A DNA stretch of 59,050 nt. Source: an uncultured Bdellovibrionales bacterium. Lineage in GTDB: Bacteria; Patescibacteriota; Minisyncoccia; Moranbacterales; UBA1568. Each line of letters starts with the position of its first letter. Position 1 is the first letter of the stretch. The stretch spans positions 91,447 to 150,496 of the forward strand of contig CAZQLN010000003.1 of NCBI GenBank assembly GCA_964594215.1. Reading direction: 5' to 3'. The notes beneath the pieces were generated by a model that was given only the letters and a program-made list of their open reading frames with translations, did not search any database and was not told the DNA's origin. Positions 1-10,154 of this stretch are shown piece by piece. A program made the translations under genes and the position numbers.

Positions 1-1
1 T

Positions 2-682
2 CTCAGTGTAACCACTAAAAAGGAAAGTGGCATATTGGTGTTTAGTCAGCGAGGGGCAAGCGAGGGAGAGTCTCACGAAAAAGCGCTGGCCACTCTCAAG
101 ACTTTGATGTTGGCTACTAATCTTTACTATAACAAGCAGCATGAAGTAGAAATTAGGGTTATTGATAAACCAATGACCACTCTAGTAGTAAGTAGCTGGA
201 TTGGTTATGGAGTAACGGTTTTAGTTACAGCCGTAGTCTTCACAAGTATTTTCTTTGGGCTACTCGCTTTTGTGGCAAAGAAGAAGGAATATACGGGAGA
301 GGTATCCAATATCGAAAGTCATATAGGAGAGTCAGTTTCGTGGATTGATCCACAGAAATTTGTAGCGGTTCGTCCAGAAACGCTTAATTTTCAAGAGGCC
401 GAACCAGTGGAAAAGATAGAGGTACCACTAGAAAAAGTTTCTGTCACAGCACAAAGAACAGCTCAAAAAGTAGCTCATGCCCCAGGGAATCTCCCTATCA
501 TGTCAGGAGCCTTGCCACAATTTGGTATAGAAGAAGTAGATCTTATGACTGAGCAATCTATCCCAGAAGCCGGAAATGAGATTGTTGAAGAAACCAAAAC
601 ATTTGATCCAACTACAGAACCCACGGTTGAAGAGTACAAACGTCGCCTCAACGAACTTCTAAAAGGTAAATCATTGACCTAA
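2..682 (+). CDS. hypothetical membrane protein, 5'-partial (frame open to window start)
   Basis: ORF track 35..682. The same frame has no stop back to nt 2. One strong hydrophobic helix (VVSSWIGYGVTVLVTAVVFTSIFFGLLAFV). No family recognised. Confidence 0.4.
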   Translation, partial: LSVTTKKESGILVFSQRGASEGESHEKALATLKTLMLATNLYYNKQHEVEIRVIDKPMTTLVVSSWIGYGVTVLVTAVVFTSIFFGLLAFVAKKKEYTGEVSNIESHIGESVSWIDPQKFVAVRPETLNFQEAEPVEKIEVPLEKVSVTAQRTAQKVAHAPGNLPIMSGALPQFGIEEVDLMTEQSIPEAGNEIVEETKTFDPTTEPTVEEYKRRLNELLKGKSLT

Positions 683-687
683 ACACT

Positions 688-2067
688 ATGAAAAAATACT
701 CAACCAAGTTTTGGATTGTGTTTGTGCTGGTCTCAATTATTTTTCTGGCCTCATTTTATGCGGTCCTTGAATACAAGCGGGATGGTTTTGCTTTCCTCGC
801 AGGTTGGTTTGGGACGGTGCCAGTCGAAGAGGAGCTTCAAGCTGACCTTAAAACACTCCTTACTATTGCTGATCAACTTTCTGATACTCATGGTCAAACG
901 AAAACCTTTTTGATTCTCTTTCAGAATAATATGGAATTGCGTCCGGGTGGAGGGTATGTCGGATCATTTGGTATTCTCAAGATAAAAGACGGGCACGCTG
1001 AAAGTCTTGAGGTACATGATACGGTCAATTTTGATGGACGTATTCCTGATACCGTACCGGCGCCATATCCTATGAAAGAAACACTAGGAGTAAAGAGTCT
1101 AAAATTACGTGACTCTAACTATCATCCTGATTTTGCTTTGAACGCTAAGGAAGCAGAAGATTTTTATCATCTTGGGAACGGAGAAGAGCAATTTGATGGA
1201 GTGATTGGTATTACCACTCGAGTACTTGAATCAGTACTAGCCGTCACTGGACCAGTAGAAGTGCCGGGATACGAAGGTTCATTTGGTAAGGATAATGCTG
1301 TTTTGGACCTTGAGTATCAGGTGGAACAAAACTATTACAAACAAGGAATTAGTTTTGGTGAACGTAAATCAATAATGGGTGAGCTTTCGGCCCAAATTCT
1401 AAAAAAGGTCAAGGAGGCATCACTTAGTGACAAATACCGACTTTTCCAAGTACTCCTCGGAGATCTTCATGCCAAGGATATTCAAATTCAATTCAAAGAT
1501 TCAAAACTACAGACACAAGTAGCCCAGGCTGGTTGGGATGGAAGACTTGATGCGGCGTGGCAAAATGACTATCTCTTTCTTGTCGACTCTAATATGAATG
1601 CTTTCAAAAGTGATCTCTATGTAGAGAGAAGCTATGATTATATGATTGATTTGAGTGGAGAGCAGGGTGCAGCAACACTTACAGTTACCTACATTCATAC
1701 TGCCAAAGAAAAAAGCTATCTCACCAAGGACTATCAGAGCTATTCTCGAGTCTATGTACCGAAGGGTTCATTTATCGATACAATTAGCCCGCTCAGTCAT
1801 GAGGTGGTATATGGTGAAGAACTGGGGAAGAAATTTGCTGGGACGATAGTGCAAGTACCGCTCGGTACTGAAAAAACCTTAGTCTATAGTTACAAATTGC
1901 CAAAGACTATCGATACGGGAGACCTGTATGATCTCAAAATTCAGAAACAACCAGGTATGAAAACTATTCCGATGAAGGTAACCGTGAAACACAAAAACGG
2001 TAGTATTCAAAACTACCAATTCAATCTCGAACGTGATGTTGTATTAAGTACCCTCACGCCACAGTAA
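688..2067 (+). CDS. DUF4012-like envelope protein (N-terminal TM anchor)
   Basis: N-terminal TM helix followed by NNMELRPGGGYVGSFG, a motif I associate with DUF4012 proteins common in Patescibacteria. ATG start 5 nt after the previous stop. Confidence 0.55.
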   Translation: MKKYSTKFWIVFVLVSIIFLASFYAVLEYKRDGFAFLAGWFGTVPVEEELQADLKTLLTIADQLSDTHGQTKTFLILFQNNMELRPGGGYVGSFGILKIKDGHAESLEVHDTVNFDGRIPDTVPAPYPMKETLGVKSLKLRDSNYHPDFALNAKEAEDFYHLGNGEEQFDGVIGITTRVLESVLAVTGPVEVPGYEGSFGKDNAVLDLEYQVEQNYYKQGISFGERKSIMGELSAQILKKVKEASLSDKYRLFQVLLGDLHAKDIQIQFKDSKLQTQVAQAGWDGRLDAAWQNDYLFLVDSNMNAFKSDLYVERSYDYMIDLSGEQGAATLTVTYIHTAKEKSYLTKDYQSYSRVYVPKGSFIDTISPLSHEVVYGEELGKKFAGTIVQVPLGTEKTLVYSYKLPKTIDTGDLYDLKIQKQPGMKTIPMKVTVKHKNGSIQNYQFNLERDVVLSTLTPQ

Positions 2068-2091
2068 AAGATGTATGCATGTGCAGAAAAG

Positions 2092-2126
2092 ACGGCTCGA
2101 AACCTCATTGGTGAGCCGTTTTTTCT
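2092..2126 (+). terminator. rho-independent terminator
   Basis: ACGGCTC (2092-2098) pairs with GAGCCGT (2113-2119), followed by TTTTTT. Confidence 0.6.
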
Positions 2127-2153
2127 TTGTTAAATTATGCTAGAATAAGGGAT

Positions 2154-2846
2154 ATGTCTGATAGAGTTCCCAAAATACGTTTTGATATTATTTCGCTTTT
2201 CCCAGAAGGGATGGAGGCTTATTTGGAGACCTCTATTTTGAAGCGTGCAAAAGCTGCAGGGCTAATAGAAGTGTATCTTCATCAATTACGGGAATTTGCT
2301 ACCGATAAGCATCATACCGTAGATGATACCCCTTATGGTGGAGGCGCTGGTATGGTACTTAAAGTTGAACCATTAGTTGCTTGTCTGGAGTATGTTAAGA
2401 ATTTAGCTCCACAATTGACTACTCGAGTACTCGTTACTTCGGCCAAGGGAGAACTGTATAATCAGCGTCATGCCGAAAGGCTAGCTAGAGACTATGAACG
2501 AGTGATCTTGGTCTGTGGACGCTATGAGGGCATTGATGAACGTTTTATCGAGCACTGTGTTGATGAGGAGTTTTCTATCGGCGAATATGTATTGACTGGT
2601 GGCGAACTGCCGGCTCTGATTATACTTGATAGTATGGCTCGTCTTATTCCTGGAGTGCTCGGCAATGCGGAGAGTAGTATTTATGAGTCATACAGTGAGG
2701 AGGGAGTGAAAGAGCATGCTCAGTATACTAAGCCAGAGGTTTTTCGTGATTGGAGTGTGCCAGAAGTGTTACTATCGGGTAACCACCAAGCTATAGAGAA
2801 CTGGCGAGAAGAAAATCGTAGACAAGATAAAACACATGCCGTATGA
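2154..2846 (+). CDS. trmD: tRNA (guanine37-N1)-methyltransferase
   Basis: RFDIISLFPE, DDTPYGGGAGMVL, CGRYEGIDERF and YVLTGGELPA motifs. The ATG at 2154 is preferred over the TTG at 2127; the start is uncertain. Confidence 0.9.
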   Translation: MSDRVPKIRFDIISLFPEGMEAYLETSILKRAKAAGLIEVYLHQLREFATDKHHTVDDTPYGGGAGMVLKVEPLVACLEYVKNLAPQLTTRVLVTSAKGELYNQRHAERLARDYERVILVCGRYEGIDERFIEHCVDEEFSIGEYVLTGGELPALIILDSMARLIPGVLGNAESSIYESYSEEGVKEHAQYTKPEVFRDWSVPEVLLSGNHQAIENWREENRRQDKTHAV

Positions 2847-3952
2847 GAGGTTTTCGTTTTGACTTTGATCGTTCTTTATTTCTTGCACTCTTATTACTTC
2901 TAGGTATCGGGCTTTTGATGATTGCAAGTGCAGGGGTACTCTATGGTCAATCACGCTTTGATGATTCATATTATTTTTTTAAACAACAACTTCTTGGTCT
3001 GGGGGTAGGTCTTTTGGCACTGGCTTTTTTTCAAAGTGTAGACTATCGGGTTTGGAAACGCTTCGTAGTTCCGGTTTTTATTCTAGCGGTCGGATTACTT
3101 ATTCTGGTTTTTATTCCAGGTTTTGGAACCACAGTTTATGGTGCGGCGCGTTGGGTTACTCTGGGTCCAATTTCTTTTCAGCCGTCTGAGGTTATGAAAC
3201 TTTCTATCATCCTGTATCTTTCGGCCTGGCTCTCGACCAAGGGTCAGGGGAAGGCGGAAGACTTTTATGAGGGCTTAGTACCATTTCTTCTCATACTCTC
3301 TTTTGTTGGCTTTCTGATTATCAAACAGCCAGACACAGGAACTCTTGGACTTATTTTCATCATTGCTATGTCTATCTTTTTTGCCTCCGGAGCGAGATTG
3401 GCTCATATCGGAGGTTTGGTGGCTGCGGGCTTTGTCTTTCTGATTATTCTTATCAAGTTAGCACCATATCGCATGCAACGTCTCTTGGTGTTCCTCAATC
3501 CAGAACATGATCCAACAGGTTCTGGTTATCAGATCACCCAGGCACTCTTAGCTATTGGTTCCGGTGGCCTATTTGGAATTGGGCTCGGGCAGAGTCGTCA
3601 GAAGTTTAACTATTTGCCCGAACCAGTGACTGACTCAATCTACGCTGTTTTGGGTGAAGAGTTTGGCTTACTCGGAGCAGGGATAGTTTTAGCCCTCTTT
3701 GTTTTTATTGCTTGGAAAGGTTTTCAGATTGCGAGAAATGCTCAAGATGAGTTTGGCCGTCTTTTGGCTACTGGTATCACCACCTGGATTGTCGGACAAG
3801 CCTTTATCAATATTGGAGCGATCTCGGGTCTTATTCCACTTACTGGTGTACCACTCCCATTCATCAGCTACGGAGGAACTTCGCTTGCGGTGCTTCTTGG
3901 ATCATTTGGTATTTTACTCAATATATCCAAATCAGCTATACTAAGGAGGTAA
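2843..3952 (+). CDS. ftsW: SEDS-family peptidoglycan polymerase FtsW/RodA
   Basis: About 10 TM helices. FQPSEVMKL, QPDTGT and PLPFISYGGTS motifs. ATGA overlap with trmD. Sits upstream of murG. Confidence 0.85.
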   Translation: MRGFRFDFDRSLFLALLLLLGIGLLMIASAGVLYGQSRFDDSYYFFKQQLLGLGVGLLALAFFQSVDYRVWKRFVVPVFILAVGLLILVFIPGFGTTVYGAARWVTLGPISFQPSEVMKLSIILYLSAWLSTKGQGKAEDFYEGLVPFLLILSFVGFLIIKQPDTGTLGLIFIIAMSIFFASGARLAHIGGLVAAGFVFLIILIKLAPYRMQRLLVFLNPEHDPTGSGYQITQALLAIGSGGLFGIGLGQSRQKFNYLPEPVTDSIYAVLGEEFGLLGAGIVLALFVFIAWKGFQIARNAQDEFGRLLATGITTWIVGQAFINIGAISGLIPLTGVPLPFISYGGTSLAVLLGSFGILLNISKSAILRR

Positions 3953-3970
3953 CGAGCTAAATTTTCTTGT

Positions 3971-5098
3971 ATGGCAGAACCACTGCGTATTGTTTTGACG
4001 GGAGGAGTCTCTGGGGGACACACGTTCCCGCTTATTGCAGTAGCTGAGCAGATTAGTGCTCAAACAGGAGGTAACGTAGAGTTTCTGTTTATTGGACCAA
4101 AAGGGCGTTTTGGAGCAGGAGCCATGGAAGAGCGAGGTATTCCCGTGCGCTTGGTTTCCACTGGTAAACTCCGTCGATATTTCTCTCTCCAAAATTTTAT
4201 TGATCCCTTTTTGATACCCATTGGTTGTATTCAGTCTCTTTGGCATCTCTATCAGTTTCTACCAGATGCAGTTTTTTCTAAAGGAGGTTCTGCTTCTGTA
4301 CCGGTAGTGCTAGCAGCTTGGTTGTATCGTATCCCCGTTCTGATTCATGATTCGGACGCGGTAGCTGGTATGGCAAACAAATTTATGGGACGTTTTGCTA
4401 CGAAGGTAGCTATTGCTTATCCGACTGCTCGGGAATTTTTTCCCAGTGAGAAGGTGGCGTTGACAGGTAATCCGGTGCGAGCTGATATTCTTGAAGGACA
4501 ACGTGAACGCGGTTATCAAGAGCTTGGTCTTGATCCGGCCAAGAAGACTCTCTTTGTCATAGGAGGAAGTTTGGGAGCTACCAAACTCAACGAAGCTTTG
4601 CTTCAGATTCTACCCCAATTACTCAAGGAAAACATTCAAGTGGTACACCAGACAGGAGAAGAGCACTTTGCTCGTATCGAGAGTGCTGTCAAAGAATACG
4701 GTATTACACCCGGTGGAGCAGTGGGCTATGTACCGAAGGCATTTCTTTCGGCAGAGCTTTTGGGGGATGTATACGCTTTAGCCGATATCGTGATTTCTCG
4801 GGCTGGAGCCGGTTCAATAGCTGAGCTCGCCGCTCATGGTAAAACATGTATTTTGGTCCCTCTTTCGAGTGCAGCCAATGATGAGCAAAAGAAAAATGCC
4901 TACGCAATTGCTCATATTGGTGGAGCGAGTGTTCTGGAAGAACCCAACCTCACTGAGCATATTCTTCTCCAGGAGCTTCATGAGCTGTTGGCGGATGAGG
5001 TGCGTTCCCAAAAAATGGGCGAGGCTATCCGCGCTTTCTATCATCCAGATGCCGCTCTGATGTTGGCGCAGGGAGTTTTGTCGATGATCAAGAAATAA
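3971..5098 (+). CDS. murG: UDP-GlcNAc:lipid I N-acetylglucosaminyltransferase
   Basis: TGGVSGGHTFP N-terminus, GGSLGA, and VISRAGAGSIAEL motifs. Confidence 0.9.
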   Translation: MAEPLRIVLTGGVSGGHTFPLIAVAEQISAQTGGNVEFLFIGPKGRFGAGAMEERGIPVRLVSTGKLRRYFSLQNFIDPFLIPIGCIQSLWHLYQFLPDAVFSKGGSASVPVVLAAWLYRIPVLIHDSDAVAGMANKFMGRFATKVAIAYPTAREFFPSEKVALTGNPVRADILEGQRERGYQELGLDPAKKTLFVIGGSLGATKLNEALLQILPQLLKENIQVVHQTGEEHFARIESAVKEYGITPGGAVGYVPKAFLSAELLGDVYALADIVISRAGAGSIAELAAHGKTCILVPLSSAANDEQKKNAYAIAHIGGASVLEEPNLTEHILLQELHELLADEVRSQKMGEAIRAFYHPDAALMLAQGVLSMIKK

Positions 5099-5132
5099 GT
5101 AGTATTCACTGGAGAGAACTCATAAAAAGATA

Positions 5133-6524
5133 ATGCAACTCACTGACTTTCAAAAAATTCATCTCATCGGTATCAAGGGTGCGGGCATGACCGCTCTTGC
5201 TGAGTTGCTCGTCAATCAAGGAAGAAAAGTGACCGGATCTGATACAGAAGAGGTATTCTATACAGACGCCATTCTAGCTAAGTATCATATTGTACCCGCT
5301 ATTGGCTTTGAAGCTTCGCATATTCCGATAGATACAGAACTTATAGTGTATTCTACTGCTTACAACAAAGAACAGAACAGTGAATTAGCCCACGCAGTTA
5401 CTCTCGATTTACCAGTTCTTAGCTATCCAGAAGCAGTGGGTCTTCTGACAGAAACGCATCAGACTCTAGCGGTTTGTGGTACTCACGGTAAAACGACAAC
5501 AAGTGCTCTCTTGGCGCACACTCTTAAATCACTTGGCGCTGACCCAAGCGCTATTATCGGTAGTCGTATTGCCTCCTGGGGTGGGAGTGCCCTTGTGGGT
5601 ACGGGAAAATATTTTGTTTTGGAAGCTGATGAGTATCAGAACAAACTCGCTCATTATTTGCCTTTTGGAGTTATCCTTACCAGTGTCGACTATGATCATC
5701 CAGATTTTTTCCCAACGAAAGAGAGTTATAGAGGAACTTTTGAAACTTTTGTGAAACGTATCCCACGCCATGGATTCCTTATTGCTTGTTCGGATAGTAG
5801 TGATGTGAATACCATAACCGAAAGTGCCACGTGTAAGACAGTAAGGTATGGTTTTGTAGCTGGTGCTGACTATCAAATTATTGAGTGGCAAGCGCAAATT
5901 GAGGGTCAGTATCGTCAGAGTTTTGAACTTCTACGAGGAGAAGAGAGTTTAGGATTGTTTGAATTGCGTTTAGCCGGTAGGCACAATGCCTTAAACGCGA
6001 CGGCAGTGGTAGCGCTTCTTTTGGAGTTAGGCTTTGCGGTAGATTCTATTCGGGAAGCACTTAAAGAATTTGATGGTACCGAGCGACGTTTTGAATTTTT
6101 AGGGGAGCGTTTCGGAGCTTTGGTCTATGATGATTATGCTCATCATCCAGAAGAGATACGGACGACTCTGCGGACTTTTCGAGAGCTGTACCCAAGCCGT
6201 ACTATTCACGCTATTTTTCACCCCCATACCTACACTCGGACACGAGCACTGCTACCGGAGTTTGCTCAAAGTTTTGATGATGCAGACAGAGTCACTCTTT
6301 TACCTATCTATGGAAGCGCTCGTGAAGAACAGGGAGGAGTTAGCTCGGAAGATTTGGCAGTAGCGATTAATCGTTTTATTCCACACAAAGCAGATGTTTG
6401 TCTTGAGCCCATGTCAGTGTTGGTTGAGGAACTTGAAAAATCCATGGGAAGAAATGACCTTATCGTAACTCTCGGGGCGGGTAATGTCTGGGAGATATCT
6501 CACGCTCTTACTAAGAAAAAATAA
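5133..6524 (+). CDS. murC: UDP-N-acetylmuramate--L-alanine ligase
   Basis: IHLIGIKGAGMTALAELL, GTHGKTTTSALL and DDYAHHPEEI motifs. Confidence 0.9.
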   Translation: MQLTDFQKIHLIGIKGAGMTALAELLVNQGRKVTGSDTEEVFYTDAILAKYHIVPAIGFEASHIPIDTELIVYSTAYNKEQNSELAHAVTLDLPVLSYPEAVGLLTETHQTLAVCGTHGKTTTSALLAHTLKSLGADPSAIIGSRIASWGGSALVGTGKYFVLEADEYQNKLAHYLPFGVILTSVDYDHPDFFPTKESYRGTFETFVKRIPRHGFLIACSDSSDVNTITESATCKTVRYGFVAGADYQIIEWQAQIEGQYRQSFELLRGEESLGLFELRLAGRHNALNATAVVALLLELGFAVDSIREALKEFDGTERRFEFLGERFGALVYDDYAHHPEEIRTTLRTFRELYPSRTIHAIFHPHTYTRTRALLPEFAQSFDDADRVTLLPIYGSAREEQGGVSSEDLAVAINRFIPHKADVCLEPMSVLVEELEKSMGRNDLIVTLGAGNVWEISHALTKKK

Positions 6525-6525
6525 T

Positions 6526-7461
6526 ATGGCTATCCAAATACAAAAAAACATTCCACTAGCGCCCTTGACTACTTTCAAAATTGGGGGACCAGCCTTAGCA
6601 TATACCGAGGCTCATAGCGCTCAGGATGTTTCTGCTGCTATTGAGTATGCTAAGGAACAAAAAATTCCTGCTTTTATCTTTGGCGGTGGAAGCAATGTCC
6701 TTTTCTCTGATACTGGTTTTCCGGGCATCGTAATTCACTGCGTGGCTGATAGTATTGTTGTCCAGGGCGACAAGCTAGTGGCAGCTGCTGGCGCTAAACT
6801 TCTAGATGTAGTCTTGACCGCTGAAGAACATGGTCTCTCAGGGTTAGAGAAACTTTCTGGTATCCCCGGATTCTTAGGTGGAGCTGTGCGTGGTAATGCG
6901 GGTGCGTTTGGGGCTGAAATCAGTACTTGTTTGGTTTCGGTCACGGCTGTAGATTTGACCAGTGGTCTCATCAAGATTTTTCAAAAAGACGAGTGTCAAT
7001 TTTCTTATCGAAGTAGCTTTTTCAAACAACACAAAGAATGGGCTATTCTTGAGGCGGAATTTCTTTTTCGAGAACACAAAACGAGTAATGAACTAGCAGC
7101 TATTCGCAAAGAAACTATCACCAAACGCGAAGCCAAGCATCCTCAGAATGCAAGTTGCGCTGGTTCTTTCTTCATGAATCCGGAGGTGACTGATCAAGCT
7201 CTTCTTGATGAATTTGAAGCAGAGACGGGTCATCCATCTAAAGATGGTAAGTTACCCGCTGGTTGGCTAGTGACTCATGTAGGACTACGGGGCAAGAAGA
7301 TTGGCGGAGCTCAGATGAGCGATCGACACCCAAACTACCTCCTTAATACAGGGAACGCTACTGCTGAGGATGTCATTATGCTTTCTTCGTTAGTCAAAAC
7401 TAAAGTGCGTGATGAACTAGGTATCAGATTACAAGAAGAGGTGCAGATGGTGGGGTTTTAA
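6526..7461 (+). CDS. murB: UDP-N-acetylenolpyruvoylglucosamine reductase
   Basis: PLAPLTTFKIGGPA, GGGSNVLF and AGSFFMNP motifs. The ATG at 6526 removes the overlap with murC that the 6484 start would create. Confidence 0.9.
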   Translation: MAIQIQKNIPLAPLTTFKIGGPALAYTEAHSAQDVSAAIEYAKEQKIPAFIFGGGSNVLFSDTGFPGIVIHCVADSIVVQGDKLVAAAGAKLLDVVLTAEEHGLSGLEKLSGIPGFLGGAVRGNAGAFGAEISTCLVSVTAVDLTSGLIKIFQKDECQFSYRSSFFKQHKEWAILEAEFLFREHKTSNELAAIRKETITKREAKHPQNASCAGSFFMNPEVTDQALLDEFEAETGHPSKDGKLPAGWLVTHVGLRGKKIGGAQMSDRHPNYLLNTGNATAEDVIMLSSLVKTKVRDELGIRLQEEVQMVGF

Positions 7462-7472
7462 GTAAAAAGACT

Positions 7473-7790
7473 ATGCAGAAGTATAAGCTTGTTGTTACAG
7501 TACCACTTACTCATGCAGATATTGTACGCGAGGCTATTGGAATAGCTTCCGGTGGAAAAATAGGTAAGTATTCTCACTGTAGCTTTTCTTCTCGTGGACA
7601 GGGGAGATTTATTCCGCTCAATGGCGCCAATCCTCATATTGGTAGTATTGGGACTTCTGAAGTAGTTGAGGAGGAACGGATAGAAGTGACTGTAAATGAA
7701 GGAGTGTTAGAGGATGTCATTCAAGCTATGAAGAGAGTACATCCTTACGAAGAAGTAGCCTACGATGTATATAAACTGGAAGCTTTTTAG
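7473..7790 (+). CDS. stand-alone PII-like domain protein (YqfO/NIF3 insert-domain type, COG3323-like)
   Basis: About 105 aa. KLVVTVP..ADIVREAI...GKIGKYSHCSF...G.FIPL.GANPHIG...E.RIEV...V..A.K..HPYEE.AYD pattern. Confidence 0.5.
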   Translation: MQKYKLVVTVPLTHADIVREAIGIASGGKIGKYSHCSFSSRGQGRFIPLNGANPHIGSIGTSEVVEEERIEVTVNEGVLEDVIQAMKRVHPYEEVAYDVYKLEAF

Positions 7791-7793
7791 CCT

Positions 7794-8798
7794 ATGAATT
7801 TTGAGAGAAAATCATCGGTACAAAGAGTAGTTGGAAAAGCTCACGAAGCCTATAAGGAAGGTGTGTTGAAGGGTAGGGGAAATCAATTTAGGAACCAGAT
7901 ATTTGAAGGATTAGAAGGAAAAGAGAAAAAGAAAACTCCTGAGCAAATACAAATAATTCAAGATGTGGATGTAGCAACAAATGAGTTATTAGCGAAATAT
8001 GCTTTACCGGCATTTAGTATCCCTCCAGAGAATGTACATATTATTCATGATGATCAGTGGCACGACAAAGAGAGTGCTGGATTTTTTAGGCCCATTGCTC
8101 AAGCAATAGCAGTTCGTGAACAGCCAACAAATACTGTTTTTATGGCGACCGTATTTCACGAAATGATCCATTTCAAGAGCTACGGGGCTGAACAGGCTGA
8201 TGTCGAGGGTGGAGATCTAAGAAGATATCGAGTGGGACTTTCTTTGCAGTCTCGAACTAAAGAAAAGGGGCATTTCTTTACCGCTATCAATGAGGCAGTG
8301 ACCGAAGAGTTAACTAAAAAACATGCCAGGAGTTTACTTCGACATCCAGTATTAAGAGGAGAAATTGAAGAAACCAGGAGGACTATTAGAGAATATCCAA
8401 ACGCTATTTCATATAGAACAGGAGAGCGTTTATTAGATGAAGATACATTTTGTGCCACCAGCCATGTCACAAAAGAGTGGAATAATGCGGTTTGGCGATA
8501 TTTTGGAACAAGTGTAGGACTCAAGAATGTGGATACAAAAATTATGGTGCAGAAGTTTAGTTATCCAAAAGAGAGGCAAGCCTTAAAAATTCTTGTGAGT
8601 AAAATTTTTCAAGAAAATAAGGATGGTTTTACAAATGAAGACGAAGTTTTTGAAATTTTTGCTAAAGCAATGATGACCGGTAACATGTTACCCTTAGGAA
8701 AAGTAATAGATAAAACTTTTGGGGTAGGAGTATTTCGAAAGATTGGGGAATACAATGAAGATGTGGAAGGTTTAAAGACATATATTGAAACACTTTAA
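7794..8798 (+). CDS. hypothetical protein with HExxH zinc-metallopeptidase-like motif
   Basis: VFHEMIHF is followed about 45 aa later by INEAVTEEL, a possible third ligand. The gene is visibly AT-rich (27% GC in a 60-nt spot count at 8581-8640). Confidence 0.4.
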   Translation: MNFERKSSVQRVVGKAHEAYKEGVLKGRGNQFRNQIFEGLEGKEKKKTPEQIQIIQDVDVATNELLAKYALPAFSIPPENVHIIHDDQWHDKESAGFFRPIAQAIAVREQPTNTVFMATVFHEMIHFKSYGAEQADVEGGDLRRYRVGLSLQSRTKEKGHFFTAINEAVTEELTKKHARSLLRHPVLRGEIEETRRTIREYPNAISYRTGERLLDEDTFCATSHVTKEWNNAVWRYFGTSVGLKNVDTKIMVQKFSYPKERQALKILVSKIFQENKDGFTNEDEVFEIFAKAMMTGNMLPLGKVIDKTFGVGVFRKIGEYNEDVEGLKTYIETL

Positions 8799-8803
8799 AA
8801 GTT

Positions 8804-9364
8804 ATGAAAACAGCGATTATTCTTCACGGGATGTCTGATAGTAAGGAGAAGTATGATGGCAATGAAGCTGGGCATCATTGGATTCCATGGTTGAGTAATG
8901 AATTAGGTACTCGGGGTTATGCGGTTTATACTCCGGAAATGCCAGAGCCATACGAGCCACACTACGAAAATTGGTGCAGGGTGTTTGAGCAGTTTATTCT
9001 TGATGAGGAGACTTTATTAATTGGACATAGTTGTGGAGGGGGATTTTTAGTCAGGTATCTTTCAGAAAGAGATATCAAAGTTGGCAAAGTTATACTGGTA
9101 GCCCCATGGCTTGATCCAGATAAAGACCATTGTCCGAAGTTTTTTGAATTTACCATTAAACGCAACTTAGTTGCGTTTACCTCAGGGGTCACGGTTTTTG
9201 TTTCGAAAGACGATGATTCTGATATTCTTGAGAGTGTTAAAAAAATTCAAGTCGAATGTGACGATATTCAAGTTCAGGAATTTACCGACAAAGGCCACTT
9301 CACCCTAGACGTTATGGGTACCAGAGAATTTCCTGAGATTTTGGAAGTAGTGGTGAAATACTAA
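8804..9364 (+). CDS. YdeN/RBBP9-type alpha/beta serine hydrolase
   Basis: ILHGM....HWIPWL, nucleophile elbow GHSCGG, and LVAPW. Length is about 186 aa. Confidence 0.6.
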   Translation: MKTAIILHGMSDSKEKYDGNEAGHHWIPWLSNELGTRGYAVYTPEMPEPYEPHYENWCRVFEQFILDEETLLIGHSCGGGFLVRYLSERDIKVGKVILVAPWLDPDKDHCPKFFEFTIKRNLVAFTSGVTVFVSKDDDSDILESVKKIQVECDDIQVQEFTDKGHFTLDVMGTREFPEILEVVVKY

Positions 9365-9387
9365 ATAAGTATTTAACGCATAAACCT

Positions 9388-9597
9388 ATGGATCAGGAAC
9401 TCGAAGCTCGCCTTAAGGCTCAGGATGAAAAACTAGAACAAATATATGTGTCAGTAGAAAAAACCCGTAAATATTTTTTGTTTACGATGATTAGCACCCT
9501 TGTTTTGTTTTTGTTACCGCTGATCGGTCTTATGTTTGCGATTCCTACTTTCATTAATACGCTGAATGACACCAGCGGATTGATTAACTCTTTATAG
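9388..9597 (+). CDS. small membrane protein, unknown function
   Basis: 69 aa. Charged N-terminal coil followed by one long hydrophobic segment. Confidence 0.4.
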   Translation: MDQELEARLKAQDEKLEQIYVSVEKTRKYFLFTMISTLVLFLLPLIGLMFAIPTFINTLNDTSGLINSL

Positions 9598-9696
9598 CCC
9601 AGAAAGAGGCTTATTAAAAGCCTAAAAAGAGTATTTGGCTTTGCTCAAAAAAGAGGACGGGGTATACTAAGGGTATAACTCATAAAACTTTTTTGT

Positions 9697-10047
9697 ATGA
9701 AGACCCGTTTTCTTTACAAAGGTAATACCAAGGATGAGCGTTCAACAGCGTATATTGAGAAGAAGCTTGAGCGTTTAGAAAAACTCGTAGAGGAAACAGC
9801 TTTATTTGAAATAGAACTCAGCGAAGAGAAAGAGCATACTTTTCGGGTAGAGGTGATGGTGAGTGTGGACGGGGAACTTTTTCGAGCCGAAGAAACTACG
9901 GCCAGTATCGAAGGTTCTATCGATTGGGTAGTGGATGAACTTGAGGGACAAATCACGAAGACTCATTCCCGTGTGCGAGATCTTAATCTTCGCGATGAGC
10001 GTTCTCTTAAGAAGAGGTTAGTGGTTGATGAGGGAGCTCGCTTCTAG
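9697..10047 (+). CDS. hpf: ribosome hibernation promoting factor / RaiA family
   Basis: About 116 aa. YIEKKLERLEKL ... FRVEV.V...G..F.AEE....I..SID.V.DELE.QI.K pattern typical of the S30AE family. Confidence 0.65.
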   Translation: MKTRFLYKGNTKDERSTAYIEKKLERLEKLVEETALFEIELSEEKEHTFRVEVMVSVDGELFRAEETTASIEGSIDWVVDELEGQITKTHSRVRDLNLRDERSLKKRLVVDEGARF

Positions 10048-10063
10048 AGTATGGTTAGATCAA

Positions 10064-10092
10064 AAGGGGCCTTTATGAGGCCTCTTTTTTGA
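10064..10092 (+). terminator. rho-independent terminator
   Basis: GGCCT/AGGCC hairpin followed by TCTTTTTT. Confidence 0.5.
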
Positions 10093-10154
10093 CCAAAGAG
10101 TTAAAAATTGCTAGGGTGAGCTTATCTTAGGTGCAATAACCCAAGGAGGGTAAG

